Shown here piece by piece: positions 1 to 9,481 of a stretch of DNA of 62,628 bases. The stretch comes from Candidatus Microgenomates bacterium (lineage in GTDB: Bacteria; Patescibacteriota; Microgenomatia; Daviesbacterales; UBA10151). The stretch spans positions 1 to 62,628 of the forward strand of contig JACOYE010000013.1 of assembly GCA_016182045.1 (NCBI GenBank). The letters are read 5' to 3'. The notes under the pieces are model-generated. The model had not been told where the DNA came from. It did not search any database and was given only the letters and a program-made list of their open reading frames with translations. The first letter of the stretch is position 1; each line of letters opens with the position of its first letter. The translations under genes were made by a program, and so were the position numbers.

Positions 1-1
1 A

Positions 2-385
2 AGGATAAAAACAGAATATCAGCACAAAGACATAATCCATAGTGGTTTTATCAGTGATGAAGAATTGGTGGCCCTTTATAAAAATGCTTTATGTTTTGTC
101 ATGCCTTCTTTTGAGGAAGGGTTTGGCATTCCGCTTTTAGAAGCCATGGCTTGTGGATGCCCTGTGGTTTCCTCAAATGCTGCTTCTTTGCCTGAGGTAG
201 GAGGAAATGCAGCAATCTATTTTGATGCACACGATCCGACCGATATTGAGCATAAGATTGATATGGTATTAAAATCAGAAAAAATTAGAGCGAATTTGAT
301 AGAAAAAGGACAAAAAAGATATAAACAGTTTAGCTGGGAGAAATTAGCAAAGCAAACTTTGGAGGTATACGAAAGATGCGTGTAG
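2..385 (+). CDS. GT4 (GT-B fold) glycosyltransferase, C-terminal part, 5' end outside window
   Basis: Frame is open from base 2. Motif PSFEEGFGIPLLEAMACGCPVVSSN is the GT4 C-terminal signature. Confidence 0.92.
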   Translation, partial: RIKTEYQHKDIIHSGFISDEELVALYKNALCFVMPSFEEGFGIPLLEAMACGCPVVSSNAASLPEVGGNAAIYFDAHDPTDIEHKIDMVLKSEKIRANLIEKGQKRYKQFSWEKLAKQTLEVYERCV

Positions 386-495
386 CCATAGTTCATGATG
401 ATTTAGTCCAGTGGGGTGGGGCTGAGCTGGAGGTATACGAAAGATGCGTGTAGCCATAGTTCATGATGATTTAGTCCAGTGGGGTGGGGCTGAGC
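360..495 (+). repeat. Perfect 68-bp tandem duplication spanning the stop/start junction of two GT4 genes
   Basis: 360-427 is identical to 428-495 (TGGAGGTATACGAAAGATGCGTG...GGGGCTGAGC). Confidence 0.97.
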
Positions 496-1451
496 GAGTT
501 TTGGGGGGGATTTGTGAAATTTTCCCTGATGCTCCCATCTATACATCGGTTTTCGATTATTCGAATAATCAGTTAGCGCAAAGATTTGCCAGTAAAAAAA
601 TCATCACATCTTTTTTACAAAAAATTCCCGGATGGAAAAAACTTTATAAGGTAATGCTGCCATTTTATCCAATAGCTTTTGAGCAATTTGATTTTTCAGA
701 TTACAATTTGGTAATTTCTCATACTACTCGTTTTGCCAAAGCAGTGATTACCAAACCCCGAACTCGCCATATTTGTTATTGTCACACTCCCCCCAGATTT
801 TTGTGGCATTTTTCAGGTGAGGGAAACTATGGCATCTTGGAACCTTTGATGACCAAGTTAAGAGTATATGATCAGGTATCTGCAAGGAGGGTTGATTACT
901 TTATAGCCGGTTCCCGGAATGCTCAAAAAAGAATAAAGAGAACTTATGGGGTGGACTCTAAAGTAGTCTATCCATTTGTAGATTTACAAAGATTTAAGGA
1001 TGTTGAAACTTTTGACGGAGGATATTTCGTAGTAATGGGCAGACCTTCCGTATATAAGAGGTTTGAGGTGGCAATTGAAGCATGTAAAAAAGTAGGAGTT
1101 CCCTTAAAAATTATCAGTGGTGATTATGATGATGAAATGGTTGTTGAGATTCTGGCAGGATGTAAGGCGCTTATTATTCCCGGAATTGAAGATTTTGGAC
1201 TCTCCAGTTTAGAGGCTCAAGCACTCGGAAAACCGGTAATTGCCTATAGGGCAGGAGGTGCGCTGGAAAATGTGATAGAGGGAGTCACAGGGCTTTTTTT
1301 TGAAGAAGCCAAAGTTTCCAATTTAATTGATACAATTAATCGTTTTAATGATTTAAATCATTGGAACAAGAATATTATTGAAAAAAATGCAAGCGAATTT
1401 GATAAAGAAAAATTCTTTAAAAATTTCAAGCAAGTAGTTGCCTCTTTGTAG
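444..1451 (+). CDS. GT4 glycosyltransferase (WbaZ-like mannosyltransferase type)
   Basis: N-terminal HDDLVQWGGAERV, then YCHTPPRFLW and EDFGLSSLEAQALGKPVIAY motifs. Confidence 0.9.
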   Translation: MRVAIVHDDLVQWGGAERVLGGICEIFPDAPIYTSVFDYSNNQLAQRFASKKIITSFLQKIPGWKKLYKVMLPFYPIAFEQFDFSDYNLVISHTTRFAKAVITKPRTRHICYCHTPPRFLWHFSGEGNYGILEPLMTKLRVYDQVSARRVDYFIAGSRNAQKRIKRTYGVDSKVVYPFVDLQRFKDVETFDGGYFVVMGRPSVYKRFEVAIEACKKVGVPLKIISGDYDDEMVVEILAGCKALIIPGIEDFGLSSLEAQALGKPVIAYRAGGALENVIEGVTGLFFEEAKVSNLIDTINRFNDLNHWNKNIIEKNASEFDKEKFFKNFKQVVASL

Positions 1452-1467
1452 TACACTAATTAATTAC

Positions 1468-2103
1468 ATGTATGATTTTTTGAAAAGATTGATAGATATC
1501 ATAGGATCAATTGTGGGGCTGATTATTGTTTCCCCCATCTTTTTGATGGTGGCTTTAGCAATCAAGCTTGACTCTAAAGGACCAATCCTTGCAGATACAC
1601 CAATGAGAGTTGGCAAAGAGGGTAAACTTTTTAAAATGTATAAATTTCGTTCAATGATTGCTAATGCCCATGATATTTTAAGAACTGACCCAAGTTTTAA
1701 AAAGCTTTATGAAGAGTACAAAAAAAGTAATTTTAAATTAACTAAAGACCCCAGAATTACAAGGGTGGGGAAATTTATCCGTAAGTATTCACTTGATGAA
1801 TTATCCCAGCTCGTCAATGTTTTAAAGGGGGAGATGAGTTTGGTTGGTCCTAGAGCCTATTATCCAGATGAATTAGATCAACAGCAAAAGAGTTATCCAG
1901 AGTCAAAAAAGTTTCTCAGCATCATTTTATCTGGTAAACCAGGTGTGACCGGACTTTGGCAGGTAACGGGCAGGTCTGACATTAATTTTGATAAGAGAGT
2001 TAAGATGGATGCTGAATACGTCCAAAAAAAGTCAATTCTTTTTGATTTTTGGATTATGTTAAAGACCATTCCGGCTGTTGTATCCGGAAGGGGAGCGGTA
2101 TGA
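1468..2103 (+). CDS. Bacterial sugar transferase (polyprenyl-phosphate glycosyl-1-phosphate transferase, WcaJ/WbaP C-terminal type)
   Basis: KRLIDI, one TM helix, FKMYKFRSM, DPRITRVGKFIRKYSLDEL, GEMSLVGPR, KPGVTGLWQV. Confidence 0.93.
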   Translation: MYDFLKRLIDIIGSIVGLIIVSPIFLMVALAIKLDSKGPILADTPMRVGKEGKLFKMYKFRSMIANAHDILRTDPSFKKLYEEYKKSNFKLTKDPRITRVGKFIRKYSLDELSQLVNVLKGEMSLVGPRAYYPDELDQQQKSYPESKKFLSIILSGKPGVTGLWQVTGRSDINFDKRVKMDAEYVQKKSILFDFWIMLKTIPAVVSGRGAV

Positions 2104-2129
2104 ATTTAGAATTTAGAATTGAGAATTAA
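2102..2129 (+). repeat. Heptamer tandem array (GAATTWR x4)
   Basis: GAATTTA GAATTTA GAATTGA GAATTAA in the intergenic region. Confidence 0.8.
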
Positions 2130-2138
2130 GGAATCAAA

Positions 2139-4019
2139 ATGCTTGTTAATCTCAATAAAAAACTGGAAAGGATGGATAGAATATATGTTAAACGGAAAAA
2201 AGGTCGTGGGTTAAAAAGAATTTTGGTGATTCTGATGATTTTAGTTGTCACTACTTTGGTGCCAGGATTCTTTATATTTACGGGTGCTAAGCAAACGATT
2301 AGTCATGGTAAGACATTGATTGCAGCATACAAAAGACAAAACTTTGATCAAATTCAAGATGAAACTTCCGCCATAAAATCCTCCTTTCAAAGGGTTGATT
2401 TTTCTTTAAATTTTCTTTTTTGGCTTAAGATTATTCCTTTTCTGGGAGGGTATTATCAGGATATTAAAGGTTTAACATCAGCTGGGGTTGAGGAGTTAAA
2501 AGCTGCTGAGATTATTTTTGACTCTCTTGAAGGCAATCAGGATGAGTTGGGATTTAGAGGAACGTCTTTATCTGGACCAGAGCGGGTTACTCAGAGTATC
2601 AAACTACTGGGAAAGACGCTACCCCTACTTCCTCAGATAGAAGAAAATCTAAAGAAGGCAGCGGATTCAGTAAAAAAAATAGACACGGGCAAATATCCAG
2701 AAACTATACGAGGTATCAAGATGAGAAGGCTTTTGGAAACAGCCAAAAATTTTATATTGGGGGTAGCTATAGCAGCAGAAGATGGTAGGGATGCCTTAAT
2801 GATAGCACCAAAAGCCTTAGGGTTGCCCAGCGCCAAAACTTATCTTCTTCTTTTCCAAAACGATAAGGAAATTAGACCAACCGGAGGATTCATTACTGCT
2901 TTTGCCACCCTTAAGATTGATCAAGGACAAATAGAATCTACCACTTCTGATGATATTTACAGATTAGATGAGAGGCTTTTGGCAACTTGTGAGTCAAAAA
3001 TTTGTCCCCTCACCCCTCCCCCCCCGATTGTCAAATATTTGCCAGAGGTAACAGGTAAACCAAGATCAGCTTGGAGTATGAGAGATTCCAATATCTCGCC
3101 TGATGTCCCAACTGCTGCCCGGGAATTTGAGAGAATGTATCAGCTTCTGGGAGCCGGTTTTCCTTTTGATGGCATCATCTATATTGATACTCAGGTGGTG
3201 GAGGAGATCATTGATGTAACAGGACCGATTGATGTTTTCGGCACCAAATATTCTGCTGAAATAGATAAACGTTGTAATTGTCCAAATGTAATATACGAGT
3301 TGGAATCATATGCCGAGATTGCTGCCAAAGGGGAGCAGGATCGAAAAGCTATTTTGGGGGTTCTGATGCAGCAGATTCTGGCCCGGGCTATGGGTAGTGA
3401 GGTGGAAAAACTGCCAGAGCTTTTGGAAACTGTGGCCAGGCTTGCTAATCACAAACATATCATGTTTTACATGCATGATTCTTCTGTGCAGAATGCTTTG
3501 TCTAAGCTTAACTGGATAGGTGAAATTAAAGCTTATGATGGAGACTATCTGCACATTAATGATTCTAATTTTGCCGGGGGAAAATCTAATCTTTATGTGA
3601 CTCAAGATGTGAGACAAGAAATAAAAGTTAATAATGGTAAAGTTACGAAAAAAATTACCATTGAATATAAAAATGATCAGCCTTTTAATACCTGGTTAAA
3701 TGCGATCAATCTGGATTATGTCAGATTTTATGTGCCAAAAGGAAGTAAGCTTGTATCTTCCAAGGGATCGGAAGTGACTGTGACCACCATTGAGGATCTG
3801 GGTAAAACTGTGTTTGAGGCATTTATTCAAGTTCGCCCGCAAAATTCCAGAAAATTGGAGATTGAATATGAAATACCATATCAGCCAAAGGAAGGGTATA
3901 AATTACTAATCCAAAAACAACCGGGGGCCAAAGATTTTAAGTATGAAGTTAAATTAAACGGAAAAAAAGTGGAGGATTTTGAATTAGATACTGATAAAGA
4001 GTTCAAGTTTCCGCTATAA
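2139..4019 (+). CDS. DUF4012-domain membrane-anchored protein
   Basis: N-terminal TM, YLLLFQNDKEIRPTGGF, RDSNISPDVP and DGIIYID motifs. Typical neighbour of glycosylation loci. Confidence 0.8.
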   Translation: MLVNLNKKLERMDRIYVKRKKGRGLKRILVILMILVVTTLVPGFFIFTGAKQTISHGKTLIAAYKRQNFDQIQDETSAIKSSFQRVDFSLNFLFWLKIIPFLGGYYQDIKGLTSAGVEELKAAEIIFDSLEGNQDELGFRGTSLSGPERVTQSIKLLGKTLPLLPQIEENLKKAADSVKKIDTGKYPETIRGIKMRRLLETAKNFILGVAIAAEDGRDALMIAPKALGLPSAKTYLLLFQNDKEIRPTGGFITAFATLKIDQGQIESTTSDDIYRLDERLLATCESKICPLTPPPPIVKYLPEVTGKPRSAWSMRDSNISPDVPTAAREFERMYQLLGAGFPFDGIIYIDTQVVEEIIDVTGPIDVFGTKYSAEIDKRCNCPNVIYELESYAEIAAKGEQDRKAILGVLMQQILARAMGSEVEKLPELLETVARLANHKHIMFYMHDSSVQNALSKLNWIGEIKAYDGDYLHINDSNFAGGKSNLYVTQDVRQEIKVNNGKVTKKITIEYKNDQPFNTWLNAINLDYVRFYVPKGSKLVSSKGSEVTVTTIEDLGKTVFEAFIQVRPQNSRKLEIEYEIPYQPKEGYKLLIQKQPGAKDFKYEVKLNGKKVEDFELDTDKEFKFPL

Positions 4020-4027
4020 CTTCATCC

Positions 4028-4681
4028 ATGCAAGCTTTTAAAACAGAAGGGATTATTTTAAAAAGGAAGGATTTTGGGGAGGCGGATCGGATTTTGACTG
4101 TTTTTACCTTACATCGTGGTAAAATTTCAGTTTTGGCAAAGGGGGTCAGACGTATTACTTCTCGGCGTGCAGGCAATGTGGAACTTTTAAATAGAGTCTT
4201 AATGTATCTTTATCCCGGGAAAAATTTTTTGATTCTTACAGAAGCCGAGAGCTTGGATACGTACCAAAAGATAAAAGAGGATTTAACACTATCAACCTAT
4301 GCCTTTCATATCATCGAGCTTGTAGACAAATTGACCGCAGAGAATCAGGAAAATAGGATTCTATATCAACATTTAGTAGAAGTATTGAAAAGATTAGAAA
4401 AAAATCCGCGACAGATTTTAGTTAGAGCTTTTGAAGCAAAAACTTTGTCAAACTTGGGATTTGTTACATTTGATGATACGATCGTACAACGAAATGTAAC
4501 AAAACAACTTGGAGATGTCCAAGAATTATTAAAACAGTTGGAAAACAATCCATGGGATGATATTGAAAGGATTGAAGTAAGTGAAAATCAGGCTCTGGAA
4601 CTTGAACGTGTGTTACGATATCATTTAGAGAGAGTGATAGAAAGTTCACTGAAAAGCAGAAAGTTTTTGAGGAAAATATAA
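4028..4681 (+). CDS. recO: DNA repair protein RecO
   Basis: EGIILKRKDFGEADRILTVFT...GKISVLAKGVRR OB-fold signature. Confidence 0.93.
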   Translation: MQAFKTEGIILKRKDFGEADRILTVFTLHRGKISVLAKGVRRITSRRAGNVELLNRVLMYLYPGKNFLILTEAESLDTYQKIKEDLTLSTYAFHIIELVDKLTAENQENRILYQHLVEVLKRLEKNPRQILVRAFEAKTLSNLGFVTFDDTIVQRNVTKQLGDVQELLKQLENNPWDDIERIEVSENQALELERVLRYHLERVIESSLKSRKFLRKI

Positions 4682-4695
4682 TAATTTCTAGGGTA

Positions 4696-4745
4696 TGTTC
4701 TCGCTACTCGCTCGAACAATAATATTCTTCGAACATAGTGAGAAG
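4696..4745. repeat. Imperfect inverted doublet of short hairpin (REP-like) units
   Basis: GTTCTCGCTACTCGCTCGAACAA followed by TTCTTCGAACATAGTGAGAAG, whose reverse complement CTTCTCACTATGTTCGAAGAA resembles the first unit. Confidence 0.5.
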
Positions 4746-4759
4746 TTACCATAAAGACT

Positions 4760-6175
4760 ATGAACAATAACTTGATGGACAAGATTGTGGCCCTTTGCAA
4801 AAGAAGAGGGTTTATATATCCTGGTTCTGAAATATATGGGGGCTTGGGAGGAACTTGGGACTGGGGACCACTTGGAGTGGAAATGAAAAATAACATTAAG
4901 AAGATTTGGTGGAAAGATGTGGTCCAACTAAGGGAAGATATGGTGGGAATAGATTCCGCCATTATGTTAAATCCGAAGGTATGGGAAGCCTCAGGTCATG
5001 TAGCTGCATTTGCCGATTTTCTGGTTCAATGTCGGACATGTAAGGGAAGATTTAGAATTGACGAACTTGGTTTAGATAAATTTTATAATCCAAACACGCA
5101 AATTTTGGAATTCAAAAGCTATGAAGAGCTGGGTGATATTAATTGTCCAGGAGGTGGCCATAAGTTTGAATTTGATCTCATTGGCGAAGACGATGCAATA
5201 GGATCCGGGCTTAAAGAAGTTAAGATCAAACCACACAAGTTCAATTTATTAGTTCCAGCATATCTGGGAGTCTTAGAAGACAGAAAGCAGCTTATCTATC
5301 TTAGAGGAGAAATTACTCAAGGAGTACATATTAATTTCAAAAATGTTTTAGATTCCACCAGAGTAAAAATTCCTTTTGGAATAGCTCAAATTGGTAAAGC
5401 CTTTCGAAATGAAATCACTCCTGGAAATTTTACTTTTAGATCTCGGGAATTTGAGCAAATGGAAATTCAGTATTACATCAAGCCCCAAGAGCCTGAAGAT
5501 AAAAAGTGGTATGAGTATTGGAAAAATTTCTGGATGGATTGGTATGCTAATTCGGGGATTAAAAAGGAAAATTTGCGCTTTAAAGATCATGAAGAAGGCC
5601 AAAGAGCTCATTATGCCAAAGTAGCAACAGATATTGAATATCAGGCTCCCTGGGGTTGGGCTGAATTTATGGGTATACATCACAGGGGTGATTGGGATTT
5701 ATCCCGTCATCAGCAATATAGTGGCCAGAGTATGAAGTATAAAGATCATGAGACAGGCGAAGAATATACGCCTTTTGATATTGAATCATCAGCAGGAGTG
5801 GATAGATCAGCCTTGTTTTTCCTAATTGATGCTTACTCTGAGGAAAATGGTAGGATTATACTTAAACTTCATCCAAAAATTGCCTCATACAAAGTAGCTG
5901 TATTTCCACTCCTTGCTAATAAGCCTGAGTTAGTAAAAGTTGCACATAAGATTTACCAGGATCTCAAAAAGGATTTTATGGTTGCCTGGGATGACAGGGG
6001 AAATATTGGTGGAAGATATGCCAGCCAAGATGAGATTGGCACTCCATTTTGTATCACAGTGGATTTTCAAAGTTTAGAAGATGAAATGGTCACAGTTCGA
6101 GATAGGGATAGCGCAAAACAGGAAAGAGTTAAAATAGTTGATTTAACAGACTATCTTCATGGTAAGATAGAATAG
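4760..6175 (+). CDS. glyQS: Glycyl-tRNA synthetase, alpha2 (eukaryote-like) type
   Basis: KRRGFIYPGSEIYGG, GKAFRNEITP, FRSREFEQME, IESSAGVDR and an anticodon domain DEIGTPFCITVDF. Confidence 0.95.
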   Translation: MNNNLMDKIVALCKRRGFIYPGSEIYGGLGGTWDWGPLGVEMKNNIKKIWWKDVVQLREDMVGIDSAIMLNPKVWEASGHVAAFADFLVQCRTCKGRFRIDELGLDKFYNPNTQILEFKSYEELGDINCPGGGHKFEFDLIGEDDAIGSGLKEVKIKPHKFNLLVPAYLGVLEDRKQLIYLRGEITQGVHINFKNVLDSTRVKIPFGIAQIGKAFRNEITPGNFTFRSREFEQMEIQYYIKPQEPEDKKWYEYWKNFWMDWYANSGIKKENLRFKDHEEGQRAHYAKVATDIEYQAPWGWAEFMGIHHRGDWDLSRHQQYSGQSMKYKDHETGEEYTPFDIESSAGVDRSALFFLIDAYSEENGRIILKLHPKIASYKVAVFPLLANKPELVKVAHKIYQDLKKDFMVAWDDRGNIGGRYASQDEIGTPFCITVDFQSLEDEMVTVRDRDSAKQERVKIVDLTDYLHGKIE

Positions 6176-6177
6176 TA

Positions 6178-7071
6178 GTGGATAAGTTAAAGATTTGGTT
6201 TGCTGCCCATAAAGTTACAGCCATCCTAGTGATGGCTTTAGTATTAATAGGAATAGGAGGCTTTGCTGCCTTTCAAAAATTCACTTCAAAACCTGCTTCT
6301 CCAATTGAGGAAATAGATTTATCTTTTGATGCCGAAGGCCCTTATGCTCTACTTTTCCCAAGACGTGATGGCAATGCTCTAGTATTAAATCTTAAAAGAA
6401 CCGCCTCATATGATTCTATCACTTATGAGCTTGCTTATACCTCCAAACCTGATGAGACAATTGTTAAGGGCAACAAATCAACTAATCAAGAAGGAACTGT
6501 CGGGGGAAGTATTGATAGGGGGGTAGCGGGAACAATTGATACCAAGGATAAAAAAGGGGAATATGAACAGGAGATTTTATTTGGAACTTGTTCTAAAAAT
6601 GTCTGTAAATATGACAAGGGTGTGGAGAACGGCACTTTGACTTTACATATTAAAAAGGCAGACAAGACATACAGGATGGTTACTCAGTGGCATTTGCAAA
6701 AACCGGACGTGGCTTTGGGCAAATTATCATCAGGAGATGAGCATTTTGTTTATAAACTGGATGAGGACAGGCAAACCTTAAGTCTGGTGGGATTTACCAT
6801 AATAAATGATCTAACAGGAGTACCGAAGCTACCTTTAGGAAAAGATATTTTGGGAAAAGTTTATTCACTAAATGTGCCGATTGCCAAAGATTTATCAACT
6901 GGTCAGGTAACTTATGAACTTTCTGAAAATGCGCCACAGGATGCTAAAATTTATGTATTTTATGGATCTAAAAATGAATGGCAAGAGCTGGATACTAAAA
7001 TTGACGGAAGTAAACTGACAGGTGCAGCCAACGGTGCCGGAATATTTGCAGTTCTAATTCCTAAAAAATAG
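6178..7071 (+). CDS. Membrane-anchored hypothetical surface protein (FGTCSKNVC family)
   Basis: Long ORF with N-terminal TM helix. Shares the motif ILFGTCSKNVCKY with 58603-59037. Confidence 0.85.
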   Translation: MDKLKIWFAAHKVTAILVMALVLIGIGGFAAFQKFTSKPASPIEEIDLSFDAEGPYALLFPRRDGNALVLNLKRTASYDSITYELAYTSKPDETIVKGNKSTNQEGTVGGSIDRGVAGTIDTKDKKGEYEQEILFGTCSKNVCKYDKGVENGTLTLHIKKADKTYRMVTQWHLQKPDVALGKLSSGDEHFVYKLDEDRQTLSLVGFTIINDLTGVPKLPLGKDILGKVYSLNVPIAKDLSTGQVTYELSENAPQDAKIYVFYGSKNEWQELDTKIDGSKLTGAANGAGIFAVLIPKK

Positions 7072-7097
7072 TAACTTCCTGAGGTTTGAAGCTATTT

Positions 7098-7110
7098 AAC
7101 CCCGGGGGTT
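7098..7110. repeat. Short palindrome AACCCCGGGGGTT (REP-like or bidirectional terminator core)
   Basis: Near-perfect palindrome between convergent genes. Confidence 0.4.
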
Positions 7111-7119
7111 GGAATCTAT

Positions 7120-7935
7120 TTATTCTTTTGCAGGCCTAAAGAGGTTAGGATCAACAGCTTGGTTTTTCCCAGCAGGTTTAAACAAATCATCTGCAGTGGG
7201 AGCAGCTTGTGCAAAAAGATCAGTTGTCGGAGTAACTGGTCTATCAGGATAATGAGTTTGTATTTCTATAGCCCAAATTTCAGCATGTCCTCCCGGTACT
7301 CCATATAACCGTCGTGCCATTTGGGCAGCATCAAGAGTTTCTACAATACCTCTTTCACCACTACCAGAAAATGTCATATAGAATAAAACATCTTTAGGTG
7401 TTTTTTCAACCCCATACAAAGTTACCCATTCTCCGCGGCCATTCCAATACCCAGCTTGATCAAAACGAGGAAGTGGGTACAATAACAATGCAAGATTATA
7501 ATCTTGAGTAACACATTTCAATAAGCGCAGATCAATCTCTTGCGGCATACCTTCAGGCATTGTAGGTTCGTTGTGTCGTATTCTTACTTCAGTTTGCTCA
7601 TAAACAAATTTTTCCATTAAAGCGCGTTTTTCTGGATCATACGTAACTGCTCCACCTTGATTAAGTAGACCTTGCGCTGTAGCTGCCTCTGCTAACTGGC
7701 GTTCTGAAATTTGCCTTCCAGAAGCTTCAGCTATTTGAATTGGGCCTGAAAAGAAACACGTTGTACCTAGTTGTTGTCTTCGAGTGGGAAGTCTCCATGC
7801 TGTACTCAGTCCAAGAGGAAGATCTCGAGTAGCTTGATGTATTCGTTCTATAGATGCTTCTACAGCCTGTCTTGTCATAGCTTCTCTGTTAATATTAGTT
7901 GGTTGTATCCTATTGTCTTGAAATTCTTGTGTCAT
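7120..7935 (-). CDS. Hypothetical protein (weak papain/C39-like features)
   Basis: 271-aa ORF preceded by TGaTATAAT 7 nt before ATG. Contains QQLGTTCFFS and GEWVTLYGVE segments. Confidence 0.75.
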   Translation of the reverse strand: MTQEFQDNRIQPTNINREAMTRQAVEASIERIHQATRDLPLGLSTAWRLPTRRQQLGTTCFFSGPIQIAEASGRQISERQLAEAATAQGLLNQGGAVTYDPEKRALMEKFVYEQTEVRIRHNEPTMPEGMPQEIDLRLLKCVTQDYNLALLLYPLPRFDQAGYWNGRGEWVTLYGVEKTPKDVLFYMTFSGSGERGIVETLDAAQMARRLYGVPGGHAEIWAIEIQTHYPDRPVTPTTDLFAQAAPTADDLFKPAGKNQAVDPNLFRPAKE

Positions 7936-8063
7936 AAATACAATTATATCATTTTAAAAAGTAAATGTGACCAAAATTCAATTTTAAAAATCGTAAAAGG
8001 TGATTTATCCAGAGGCAATACGGGAATAGGTGCCCAAATTACCCCTTGACAAGCCTAGTTAAA

Positions 8064-8099
8064 ATGGTGGAGAATGGTTATAGATGGTGAAAAAGGGTG
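8064..8099 (+). promoter_or_regulatory. MraZ operator: four direct repeats at 10-bp period
   Basis: ATGGTG, ATGGTT, ATGGTG, AGGGTG at 8064, 8074, 8084 and 8094, just upstream of mraZ. TTGACA at 8046. Confidence 0.78.
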
Positions 8100-8100
8100 A

Positions 8101-8116
8101 TCCGTCATCTGACGGA
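8101..8116. repeat. Palindrome TCCGTCA-TC-TGACGGA in the mraZ leader
   Basis: Perfect 7-bp arms around a 2-nt centre. Confidence 0.6.
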
Positions 8117-8139
8117 CCCCTTAGTATTCTGCCCAGAAT

Positions 8140-8562
8140 ATGGATGTCCATATGTTTTTGGGCGAATATAAACTTACTTTTTCAGGCAAAGGAAGAATTG
8201 TGCTTCCTAAAAAGATTAGACAAGATATAAAAGGTAAGGGTTTAATCCTAAGCCGAGGTTTTGAGAATTGTATCTGGGGATTTTCGCCTGAAGAGTTTGA
8301 GAAAGAGGCTGAACGTACGCTTGGATCTTCAGCAACAGAAGAACGGGCTAGGATGCTTAGAAGATATCTGTTTTCAGGCAGCGTGCCAACAGAGTTGGAT
8401 GCTCAAGGTCGGTTTGTCATACCATCCGCTCTTTTGACTTACGCCAAAGTGGGGAATGAGGTTGTATTGATAGGCGCGGGTGATCATTTTGAGATTTGGA
8501 ATACTGGATTTTGGAAAAAGCATCTTGAAAAAATAGAAAGAGATTATGGCCGGGTATCATAG
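8140..8562 (+). CDS. mraZ: Transcriptional regulator MraZ
   Basis: MFLGEY...KGRIVLP and a second DAQGRFVIP repeat, IGAGDHFEIW. First gene of dcw. Confidence 0.95.
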   Translation: MDVHMFLGEYKLTFSGKGRIVLPKKIRQDIKGKGLILSRGFENCIWGFSPEEFEKEAERTLGSSATEERARMLRRYLFSGSVPTELDAQGRFVIPSALLTYAKVGNEVVLIGAGDHFEIWNTGFWKKHLEKIERDYGRVS

Positions 8563-9481
8563 ACCTGTTCTTCTGAGGGAAGTAATTGAGGCTTTAAAGG
8601 TGGAGGCTGGGGGGTGGTATTTGGATTGTACTTTGGGTGATGGTGGACACTCTATAGAGATTTTAAAAAAGGGCGGGAATGTGATTGGCTTGGATGTGGA
8701 TCCCCAAGCTTTAGCAAGAGCTAGGGTGAGATTAGGGAAATTAGGGGGATTAGGGAGATTTATTTTATTACGGGGAAATTTTAGAGAACTTAAAAATTTG
8801 TTAGGTAAGCCCCACGTCGCTAAAGCTATGTGGGGCAAGCAGACGGAACCTGAAGGCTTGCGGTTTGAGGGAGTGTTATTTGACTTAGGGGTTTCCAGTT
8901 TGCAACTTGAGACTCCCGAAAGGGGGTTTTCTTTTTCTAAAATAGGCCTCTTAGATATGAGAATGGATCCTACTCTTGGGGTTAGAGCTTTGGATCTGAT
9001 TAAGGCAGGTGGAAGAAAGGAGCTTGATGAATTATTTAAAAATTTGGGTGAAGAAAAATATTCTCGGGCCATTTCTGACGCTGTGGTGCGCGCCCGTGAA
9101 GTAGGTGGAATAAAGACGACAGGAGATCTGGCAGAGTTAGTGATGAATGTTTATAGGAGGGCTGGGGTGAGAACATGGAGGATTCATCCGGCCACCAAAG
9201 TCTTTCAGGCCTTAAGAATTGCAGTTAATGATGAGTTAAATGGCTTAAAGGAGGGACTTAATCAAGTTATAGATTTAATAGAGAACAATGGTCACATTTT
9301 GGTTATTAGTTATCATTCACTTGAGGATAGGATCGTTAAGAATACTTTTAGAAAGTGGGAGAATGAGGGATTTGGTCAGGTTTTGACCAAAAAGCCAACT
9401 ACCCCCTCGGATGAAGAGGTAACAAATAATCCGAGATCTAGATCGGCCAAAATGAGAGTTTTCGAGAAAGGGATTTTATGA
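8546..9481 (+). CDS. rsmH: 16S rRNA m4C1402 methyltransferase RsmH
   Basis: HRPVLL, DCTLGDGGHS, FDLGVSSLQL, LDMRMD, FQALRIAVNDEL, SYHSLEDR, NPRSRSAK. Confidence 0.96.
   Translation: MAGYHRPVLLREVIEALKVEAGGWYLDCTLGDGGHSIEILKKGGNVIGLDVDPQALARARVRLGKLGGLGRFILLRGNFRELKNLLGKPHVAKAMWGKQTEPEGLRFEGVLFDLGVSSLQLETPERGFSFSKIGLLDMRMDPTLGVRALDLIKAGGRKELDELFKNLGEEKYSRAISDAVVRAREVGGIKTTGDLAELVMNVYRRAGVRTWRIHPATKVFQALRIAVNDELNGLKEGLNQVIDLIENNGHILVISYHSLEDRIVKNTFRKWENEGFGQVLTKKPTTPSDEEVTNNPRSRSAKMRVFEKGIL
8809..8836. repeat. REP-like hairpin inserted in frame in rsmH
   Basis: GCCCCAC-GTC-GC-TAAA-GC-TAT-GTGGGGC, read as part of KPHVAKAMWGK. Confidence 0.75.

Noticed and set aside
5290-5340. GlyRS motif variant LRGEITQG instead of LRPETAQG as a sign of altered specificity
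   Set aside because: The key Glu and all class II motifs are retained, so this is likely ordinary lineage drift.
7771-8049. 92-aa plus-strand ORF
   Set aside because: Overlaps the 7120-7935 gene antisense and the mraZ promoter region, and its composition looks non-coding.
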